From Candidatus Levyibacteriota bacterium (GTDB lineage: Bacteria; Patescibacteriota; Microgenomatia; Levybacterales; UBA12049), in NCBI GenBank assembly GCA_052034235.1, contig JBPOIT010000005.1:49698-113697 (forward strand): 64,000 nucleotides of DNA, read 5' to 3'. The position numbers were made by a program, and so were the translations under genes. The notes below the pieces were generated by a model. The model was not told the DNA's origin, ran no database searches, and saw only the letters and a program-made list of their open reading frames with translations. Within the stretch, counting starts at the first letter, position 1; the number at the start of each line of letters is the position of its first letter. Below are positions 57,241 to 64,000 of this stretch, piece after piece.

Positions 57241-57314
57241 TGACCCCAATGGGAATCGAACCCATGATTTTCGGGATGAAAGCCCGACGTCCTAGGCCGC
57301 TAGACGATGGGGCC
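57241..57314 (-). tRNA. tRNA-Glu (anticodon UUC)
   Basis: The reverse complement is GGCCCCATCGTCTAGCGGCCTAGGACGTCGGGCTTTCATCCCGAAAATCATGGGTTCGATTCCCATTGGGGTCA, with anticodon loop CTTTCAT. The + strand ORF 57240..57524 is an artefact. Confidence 0.85.
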
Positions 57315-57376
57315 GTCTTGCACTACGATTATACCACAAAATTGTGGCTGATTAAAAACACCAGTTTCATCCCTGA

Positions 57377-58039
57377 TTATTTCACTCTTTTAACTAGTGC
57401 ATCAAGGATTACTTTAGCAGCATCCCTGCCACCTAAACCGAAAGCAATTCCTCCGGCAAGTGCCAGCATAGCAACGACACCGGTGAAAAGAATTCGAATT
57501 AAATCCTGTGCAACTCCCAACTGATTGAGTACTGCGAGTAAGACAAAGATTGTAATTGCAACTCTTGTTGCTGATGCAACTGCTCTGGATGATTCAGCTG
57601 AAAGACCTCTGGTTGAAGCAAGCACCAAATCTGCCGCGAGTCGTGCAAAGACCAGTCCGACGAGTCCTATGATTGCCGCAACAAAAACGTTAGGTAAGTA
57701 CAAAAGGAACGTGTTAAGCAGTTCAGTAATCTGTGGTAATCCCCAAATTTCTGCTGCTGGTATAAGAAACAGAATGATTACAAACCATCTGACGATCTCT
57801 GCCAAAATATTTGTCCAGCTGAATTCTTTCTTTGCTTCAGGTATTCCATATCGCTTAAGATATGTTTCAACTTTGAGCGCGTTTAATACTTCGATAACTA
57901 TTCGCTTCACTATTGATGCGAGAATGATACCGATAAGAATTATGATAATGCCTGTTATAAAATTCGGAAGAAAAGCTGCCGTGTTGAAAATACCTCTATT
58001 TATGGATGTTAAAAATGTTTCTGTTATATTATTTCCCAT
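57377..58039 (-). CDS. Hypothetical membrane protein
   Basis: Several TM helices. Confidence 0.4.
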   Translation of the reverse strand: MGNNITETFLTSINRGIFNTAAFLPNFITGIIIILIGIILASIVKRIVIEVLNALKVETYLKRYGIPEAKKEFSWTNILAEIVRWFVIILFLIPAAEIWGLPQITELLNTFLLYLPNVFVAAIIGLVGLVFARLAADLVLASTRGLSAESSRAVASATRVAITIFVLLAVLNQLGVAQDLIRILFTGVVAMLALAGGIAFGLGGRDAAKVILDALVKRVK

Positions 58040-58248
58040 CTACTCACCCCCTTTCATCATTATAGTGTTTATATTTTATACGGAGAATATGATAACTCTG
58101 TAAGAACTCAAGTATTTGTAGCTGAGTATGCCACCCATCACTTTACTTGTCAATAGTCGTGTAGGTTGGTATAATGTTATGTAAGAATTTGAAACTAAGA
58201 GCAAATGTTCTTAGTTTTCTCTTTTTAGCTCAATGTTACATAAAACTT

Positions 58249-58320
58249 GGGCCGGTAGCTCAGCGGTAGAGCAGGAGCCTTTTAAGCTCTTGGTCCTGGG
58301 TTCGAATCCCAGCCGGCTCA
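58249..58320 (+). tRNA. tRNA-Lys (anticodon UUU)
   Basis: GGGCCGGTAGCTCAGCGGTAGAGCAGGAGCCTTTTAAGCTCTTGGTCCTGGGTTCGAATCCCAGCCGGCTCA, with anticodon loop CTTTTAA. Confidence 0.85.
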
Positions 58321-58380
58321 CAGAACATCTACGGATTTATATTGTTTTCTTCGTTTTTCTACAACTTATTGTGTTCATGC

Positions 58381-59436
58381 TTAAGCAATTAAGTTAAACA
58401 CATACCCGATAATCATTATTCCAATTGTGGTTATTCCAACGAATGTGGCAAGTAATTGCCATTTCATAACTTTTTTTAAAATAAGCAACTGAGGGATTGA
58501 AAGTGTAACTACTGCCGTCATAAATGCTAAAGCTGTACCAATTGGCACTCCTTTCATGACAAGTGCTTCCATAATTGGGATGACGCTGACTGAATTTGCA
58601 TACAAAGGTGTGCCTATAACCACTGCCAGAGGTACTGACCACCAACTTTCTAATAGGAGATATGTTTCAACCATTGAAGCAGGCACAAAACCATGAATAA
58701 TAGCCCCTATCCCTACACCAAGAATGACAAAAGGGAACACTTCTTTCGTTATTTTTAATCCATCTTTTAACCAAAATTGCAGTAACTCTTTAATTGTAAT
58801 TTTCTTTCCTCCATATATTTTTTGCAGATCGTTTTTTGACGTGTATTGAAGAAGTTCAGTCCGAATAAATCGTTTCATATTGAGTTTGTCTATAACATAT
58901 CCGCCGATCATGCTGATTGTTATGCCAAGCACATTGTATAAGAGTGCGACCTTCCAGCCAAAAAGTGCAGGGAAAAGTGCGAGTGATGCTTCGTTAACCA
59001 GAGGAGAACAAATAAGAAAGGCAAATGTTACGCCAAGCGGAATACCTGCGCTTAAAAAACCAATAAATAATGGTATCGAAGAACAAGAACAAAAAGGTGT
59101 AAAAACACCTAATAAAGCCGCTAAAAAATAATCTATACCAAACCATCGTCTTTTTAAAAGGATATTTCTTATATTCTCAATTGGAAAAAAATAACGAACA
59201 ATTGCCATAATGAAATTAATAACAAGCAGCAACAATCCAATTTTAATACCATCATAAATAAAGAAATTGACCGCATTTCCCAAATAGCTATTTTTTGTTA
59301 TTCCCAATATGGAATATGTGAAGATGTCAGCAAATAGCTGAATAGGATAAAAAAGATCCATATTATTTATGAGTAAGAATTGCTTTTCTAATTTTTTCCT
59401 TATCTGGAGTAAAACCAACCATGACGGCTTCTCCAT
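58381..59436 (-). CDS. Permease (DUF318-type, two-Cys motif)
   Basis: Polytopic membrane protein with an FTPFCSCSSIPLF motif. It lies downstream of arsR and a thioredoxin-like gene. Confidence 0.5.
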   Translation of the reverse strand: MEKPSWLVLLQIRKKLEKQFLLINNMDLFYPIQLFADIFTYSILGITKNSYLGNAVNFFIYDGIKIGLLLLVINFIMAIVRYFFPIENIRNILLKRRWFGIDYFLAALLGVFTPFCSCSSIPLFIGFLSAGIPLGVTFAFLICSPLVNEASLALFPALFGWKVALLYNVLGITISMIGGYVIDKLNMKRFIRTELLQYTSKNDLQKIYGGKKITIKELLQFWLKDGLKITKEVFPFVILGVGIGAIIHGFVPASMVETYLLLESWWSVPLAVVIGTPLYANSVSVIPIMEALVMKGVPIGTALAFMTAVVTLSIPQLLILKKVMKWQLLATFVGITTIGIMIIGYVFNLIA

Positions 59437-59602
59437 TAACTGCGAGTACAGGACTATGCATGATACCCATTACTATTATTTTTGTAATATCAGTACTATA
59501 TTCTACTTCTGCTTTTATTTTATTTTCTTTTACAACATCTTTTACTAATTCGTGTAACCGCCTGCAATTGTTACAGCCTGAACCGATAATTTGTATTTTC
59601 AT
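59363..59602 (-). CDS. Thioredoxin-family redox-active disulfide protein
   Basis: 79 aa with IIGSGCNNCRRL, a CxxC redox motif. Confidence 0.5.
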   Translation of the reverse strand: MKIQIIGSGCNNCRRLHELVKDVVKENKIKAEVEYSTDITKIIVMGIMHSPVLAVNGEAVMVGFTPDKEKIRKAILTHK

Positions 59603-59946
59603 TTCTTGTCCACCCCCTTATCAAGCATTTTGAATAATGACTGTACAATATGCCTACCTTTCGTGGTAAGTTCATAATAAACTCGTAAACCTCTTTTTGT
59701 ATCGACAACAAGACCCCCTTCTTTGAGTTCTTTCAGATGATGGGAGATTAAACTTTGAGAGAGCTTTACATGTTCTGTCATTTCGCATACACAATGTTCA
59801 CCTGTTTGAAGTATGCATAGCAGTTTTAAACGGCTCTCCTCTGAAACCATTTTTAATAATTCTGATAATGAATTTACATTTTTGTAAGTCGGTTCTGTAC
59901 AGCATCTATATGAATTCATATTCATATAGTACTCTTGCTCTCCCAT
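59599..59946 (-). CDS. ArsR/SmtB-family transcriptional regulator
   Basis: CVCEMTEHVKLSQSLISHHLKELKEGGLV is the HTH with the metal-binding Cys pair. Confidence 0.65.
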   Translation of the reverse strand: MGEQEYYMNMNSYRCCTEPTYKNVNSLSELLKMVSEESRLKLLCILQTGEHCVCEMTEHVKLSQSLISHHLKELKEGGLVVDTKRGLRVYYELTTKGRHIVQSLFKMLDKGVDKK

Positions 59947-60123
59947 CTGCGCAGTGATTCATATCAATTCGTTGGGTCTCTTGCATCAGATTGCTAATGA
60001 CTTGTTGTCGGGCAATTGAAAATGCCGCAATTTAAATGTTTCATACACTCTCGCAAAATAAACTTAGTAGGTATTCCATTTTGAGCGGAAGGTGTTCACA
60101 AAAGTAGATTTTATTCTAAAAGA

Positions 60124-60759
60124 TTATCTTTTTTTTGCTGGAAGATCACTTGCAATTACTGTAATTTTAACATCTCTGGTATCTCTCATAGTTTCATAGT
60201 TTTTTTCAGCATTCCTTCTGTATTCTTGTCTCAAATTCCAACGTGTTACAAAACTATGCATTAAATGTTCCGATTTAAGAAAACTTCTTGCTGGTCCCGC
60301 TAAGGTATATAATGTAGATCCAATTACATGCAAGAATCTATCATAGCCTGTCTTAGATACTTCAAATTGGCGTGACTCTTTATTATTTTGATAATTCGCA
60401 ATTGTTGTGGCAGCAACAAATGAAGCACCTTCTATAATTAAACTAGTTGGTTTTTCTACATGTGCACCAATCACTGCACCCGCAGATGTTCCAGTGACCA
60501 AAGAGGTGAAGATAACACCGCCTCGCCCGAACCACTTAGGCAATGTTGCTTCATCATCATTCTTTCTTGCAGCCATATTGTAGTAGTAGGTAAGTCCATA
60601 ACCTACAAGTCCACCCTCAACAGCACCTGCAAATGTATTTGGTTCAGAAAGAATCTGTGCGGGAATAACAGAGAGAGGAATAGGAATAACTGGTATTGAT
60701 TTTCTAACCCTGGTTGGGAGATATGGAATTCTTTCTTGCAAATATCTATAAGCTTCCAT
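60124..60759 (-). CDS. Hypothetical protein, possibly a patatin-like serine hydrolase (weak)
   Basis: VTGTSAGAVIGA resembles the GxSxG nucleophile elbow. Confidence 0.3.
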   Translation of the reverse strand: MEAYRYLQERIPYLPTRVRKSIPVIPIPLSVIPAQILSEPNTFAGAVEGGLVGYGLTYYYNMAARKNDDEATLPKWFGRGGVIFTSLVTGTSAGAVIGAHVEKPTSLIIEGASFVAATTIANYQNNKESRQFEVSKTGYDRFLHVIGSTLYTLAGPARSFLKSEHLMHSFVTRWNLRQEYRRNAEKNYETMRDTRDVKITVIASDLPAKKR

Positions 60760-61247
60760 GTAGCAAGTATATCATGCTATAAGCTCTATTTCAATGAAAT
60801 TATTCAATATAATATACATTATTATAATCGCTAAATTCATCGCTGAAATAAAACTGGATATACTGGTAAACTGCCAGACAAGGTTTGTAAAAATTATGCT
60901 ATCTTGTAGATTTTAAAAATAATTCAAATATGCTATGAAGACTATTGTTTAGAAGAACTTTTAAAACTTCATGGATTCGGACCCAAAGCACATATATTGT
61001 TGCAGGATGCACTAAAAGAATAATGCCTTTCATTTTCTTATTTAAATGAATAAGACGTTACATTTCTGTGCTTGAATTTGATAAACAGTGTTAAATTAGC
61101 TATAATAGTTATTCGCTTTCTGTGCAGAACTGTTCAGAAGTAAATTAAAGCTTAAATCTTCTTACTATATAAATGCTTGTACACCTAGTACAAGTTTTTT
61201 TATTCCCTTGAAGTAGTAGAAATATTTTCGTTATTGTTGTTAATTTT

Positions 61248-62054
61248 ATGACTTTAGAAACCGGATCATCAATTAAACATCGTGAAATTTTAGGCAGCGC
61301 TCCAGTCGTTGATGTTTTTGTTGCAGCTGAACCGCGTAGAGTGTATGAAGAATTAGTAAACGAATTAGAAGGAACTGAAATGGAAACCAAATTAGCGATT
61401 GGAGATGATACAAGTAATGAAGAAGTAATGAACACTGCGTTTGAGTATTTCCAGATACAACCAGACTACGCCCTTTATGAACCAAACATTATACACGCAA
61501 GCAATGTAGTCATAAAATACGCAACACCTAAAGGGGGTTTTTCAATACTTTTTCGTGAAGATGGGACACATGCGTTAAAGAAAAAGGGTGAGAAAATATT
61601 TCTTACTTCTGGGACCATACTTCGACCGGAAGATAAGGCTGAGATACCAATTGAAACAGATCCTTTGGATGAAGCTTCATCCAGATATGACATTCCTCGT
61701 GATCAAATGGCACTGCTAGGAGCTTATGAAAGGAAAAAAGCGAGGGTTCTCGTAATAAATCAAGCTAGCGGAAGAGTATATACAATAAATGCAGATGAAT
61801 CGACAATGCTCGATCCACAAAATACACAGATAAAACTTGCTGGCTCACCGCTACGTCAGCTTGAAATCGAATACAAAGGTACTCTTCCAGGAAGAACAAG
61901 TAAAGCAGATGACAAAACACAAGTAGTTCAAGCGATTCATGACGAAGTAAGTGGCTTGCAAACAAGAATGATTGCAAGTTCTAAGCAAAGAGGTTTATCA
62001 CTTGAACCAACAAAACTAACGAAAAGACAATGGATGAAAGCTTTTATGAAATGA
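61248..62054 (+). CDS. Hypothetical protein
   Basis: ORF only. Confidence 0.4.
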   Translation: MTLETGSSIKHREILGSAPVVDVFVAAEPRRVYEELVNELEGTEMETKLAIGDDTSNEEVMNTAFEYFQIQPDYALYEPNIIHASNVVIKYATPKGGFSILFREDGTHALKKKGEKIFLTSGTILRPEDKAEIPIETDPLDEASSRYDIPRDQMALLGAYERKKARVLVINQASGRVYTINADESTMLDPQNTQIKLAGSPLRQLEIEYKGTLPGRTSKADDKTQVVQAIHDEVSGLQTRMIASSKQRGLSLEPTKLTKRQWMKAFMK

Positions 62055-62058
62055 TTTT

Positions 62059-63534
62059 ATGATTTTTGCTAAAAATATTTCTTATGGTTATTCCCGACTC
62101 ACAGTCTATGAAGACTCGAGTTTTAATGTGCTTAAAGGAGAGCTGATTGGACTTGTCGGACCAAATGGTGCTGGAAAATCTACACTTTTTAAATTACTTA
62201 GGGGTGAAGAGGAAACTGCCAGTGGTTCGCTTGAAATTATGGGTAGTGTTGGCTACGTTCCGCAGGAAGTAAAACATGATCCTGAACTGGAAAGTGCTGT
62301 TGATATCCAAAGCTACATCGATCCTGAGATGAAGAAAGAGATGTATGAGCTGATGATTATGCTTGAGTCTCTTGAAGTAAATGCAGAACTTGATACGAAA
62401 CCCAAAATTTTAAGCGGCGGACAAAGGACTAAACTCGCACTTCTTCGCGCAATAATTCAGGAACCAGATGTGCTTCTCCTGGATGAACCAACAAACTTTT
62501 TAGATACTGAAGGAAAACGCTGGATCATGGAGTTTTTAAGTGATTATCCAAATACGCTCATTGTTATCTCTCATGATATTAATCTTTTAGATGGTCATAT
62601 CGATAAAATTCTCGCAATCAATCCGACAACGAAAAAGATTGAAGAATACAAAGGTAATTACACAAAATACGTCAAACTCAAAGGACATAACGACGCGATG
62701 CTCGTCAAAAAATATGAAAACGACCAAAAAGAAATTACCCGTATGAAAAAAAGTCTTCTCAAAATGGCAAGTGGCATGACCGAAAAAGGAGCACGGGCAC
62801 GTGCAAATGTGCAAACACGAATTGATCGTATCAAGGAAAAACTGCCAGAACTTCCAATAGAAGTCAGAAATATTAAATTCACACTCCCCGATCCACTCCA
62901 CACAAGTGAAATCCCCCTGCAAGTTAAAGATATCTCAATCAGTTTTGACGGCAATACTGTGCTTTCAGATGTATCACTTGCCATCAAACGCGGTGAACGA
63001 ATTGCGCTTTACGGACCAAACGGTGCTGGAAAAAGTACCTTTATTAAAATTCTCATGGGACGGCTGCAACCAGACACCGGTGACATTATAAAAGACCCGA
63101 TGCTGCACATAGGCTATTATTCGCAGGAATTTGAAACGTTTGATTTTAATAAAACAGTTATCGAGATGGTTGAGGAACATTGTGATTTGCCAATGATGCA
63201 AATACTCCCTATTCTTGGCTCATTTAACTTCCCTAGACCTCGTATTTATCAAAAAGTTGGATCACTTTCTGGAGGTGAGAAAACACGACTTTCAATCGCA
63301 ATGCTGATGCTTAGAAATTATAATTTACTCATTCTTGATGAACCAACTACGTATCTGGATATGGTTTCACAACGCACCATTCTCGAAGCTCTGAAGGCAT
63401 ATAAAGGGGCTATGCTCTTTGTCAGTCACACTGAAGAATTTGTTGAAGGTCTTTCCCCTAGTCGTATCATGATACTTCCTGAAAATACGATTAAACACTG
63501 GATACCCAAAGATATCACCAATTTTACAGGCTAA
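62059..63534 (+). CDS. ABC-F family ATPase (tandem ABC domains; EttA/Uup-like translation factor)
   Basis: Two Walker A motifs (GPNGAGKST twice) and two LSGGQ-like signatures (LSGGQRTK and LSGGEKTR). No TM domain. Confidence 0.7.
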   Translation: MIFAKNISYGYSRLTVYEDSSFNVLKGELIGLVGPNGAGKSTLFKLLRGEEETASGSLEIMGSVGYVPQEVKHDPELESAVDIQSYIDPEMKKEMYELMIMLESLEVNAELDTKPKILSGGQRTKLALLRAIIQEPDVLLLDEPTNFLDTEGKRWIMEFLSDYPNTLIVISHDINLLDGHIDKILAINPTTKKIEEYKGNYTKYVKLKGHNDAMLVKKYENDQKEITRMKKSLLKMASGMTEKGARARANVQTRIDRIKEKLPELPIEVRNIKFTLPDPLHTSEIPLQVKDISISFDGNTVLSDVSLAIKRGERIALYGPNGAGKSTFIKILMGRLQPDTGDIIKDPMLHIGYYSQEFETFDFNKTVIEMVEEHCDLPMMQILPILGSFNFPRPRIYQKVGSLSGGEKTRLSIAMLMLRNYNLLILDEPTTYLDMVSQRTILEALKAYKGAMLFVSHTEEFVEGLSPSRIMILPENTIKHWIPKDITNFTG

Positions 63535-63600
63535 AAATAAGAATTTAGGTAATTTGGGAAATATCTGCTATACTTATAAGTAGGAAAGGAGAGGAAAACT

Positions 63601-63798
63601 ATGACAGGTACAATTAAAACTAAAATGGATAAAGGATTTGGATTCATAAGTCGCGAAGGCGAAGCTAAGGATCTATTCTTTCATTCTAATGATTTAAAAG
63701 GTGTAAGCTTTGATGAAATTCAAGTTGGTGATACAGTTACATTTGAAGTTGTTAACGGCGAAAAAGGCCCTAACGCTAAGAACGTAACCAGAGCATAA
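63601..63798 (+). CDS. cspA: Cold-shock protein (CspA family)
   Basis: GTIKTKMDKGFGFISREGEAKDLFFH contains the RNP1/RNP2 motifs. AAAGGAGAGG lies 8 nt upstream, one of the few clear SD sequences in the window. Confidence 0.8.
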   Translation: MTGTIKTKMDKGFGFISREGEAKDLFFHSNDLKGVSFDEIQVGDTVTFEVVNGEKGPNAKNVTRA

Positions 63799-63820
63799 AC
63801 TATAAAGCTCACACAAATAA

Positions 63821-63846
63821 AAAAAGCTCCGTAAGGAGTTTTTTTT
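63821..63846 (+). terminator. Rho-independent terminator downstream of csp
   Basis: The sequence reads AAAAAGCTCC-GTAA-GGAGTTTTTTTT. Confidence 0.55.
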
Positions 63847-64000
63847 ATGTTTGAAATGTTTAGGCTTCCTTGCCTTAATTTGTGGGTATAGTTTCTTGAG
63901 GAGTATATTTTTGCTGTGTTTCTTCTATCCTTTGACGAATATTTTCATACCTTATATTTTTAACAGACAGATACTCTTGATATTCAGCGAAATTAAACGA

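Noticed and set aside
57240-57524. ORF 'MTPMGIEPMIF…' on the + strand
   Set aside because: It overlaps tRNA-Glu (UUC) on the opposite strand. The apparent MGIE is coincidental and is not the island tag.

Overview
This 64-kb window looks like a low-GC (about 33-38%) bacterial chromosome. Shine-Dalgarno motifs are rare in it, and the gene content looks like a small-genome CPR/Patescibacteria-type lineage (a tentative placement from gene content alone). The right ~43 kb holds ordinary housekeeping and accessory genes. These include uvrA, uvrC, rnhB, yvcK, secG, an RsmB-type rRNA methyltransferase, an ABC-F ATPase, cspA, a GT4 glycosyltransferase, a sensor kinase and HAD hydrolases. There is an ArsR-thioredoxin-permease operon and three toxin-antitoxin pairs (VapBC-like, BrnTA, HepT/MntA). 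Three tRNAs are present (Lys-CUU, Glu-UUC, Lys-UUU). Secreted proteins include two CAP/dockerin-like proteins, a transglutaminase-like protein, and a phage-type tail-fibre protein with a C-terminal S74 chaperone domain.

The left ~21 kb differs in composition (higher GC in the three 60-nt stretches spot-counted: 58%, 42% and 33% at about 0.6, 14 and 30 kb) and is the striking part. It carries at least 11 consecutive large genes, one partial at the window edge, 8 of them co-oriented on the minus strand. Each gene has its own -10 promoter (TATAAT, usually the extended TGnTATAAT form, once a full TTGACA-16-TATAAT) sitting only 6-11 nt upstream of the ATG. That implies leaderless or near-leaderless mRNAs. 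Each gene also encodes the same bipartite N-terminal tag, M-x-[VI]-E-x-x-G-G-x-R followed by a GVDLG...ATIETRR-like motif. The tag is followed by a disordered Pro/Gly/Thr-rich linker and then a different cargo domain. The cargos are an RNB exoribonuclease fused to two dsRBDs, a PAP/CCA-like nucleotidyltransferase head, a class I SAM methyltransferase, TPR-like helical repeat proteins, histone-like basic proteins, and a 1435-aa P-loop NTPase. A ~355-bp near-identical duplication of the tag-encoding segment links two of these genes.

This tagged, leaderless cargo-gene island is the candidate novel system. Nothing in the window identifies the machinery (secretion or virion packaging) that would recognise the tag. 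No rRNA, CRISPR array, integrase or transposase was found in the window.
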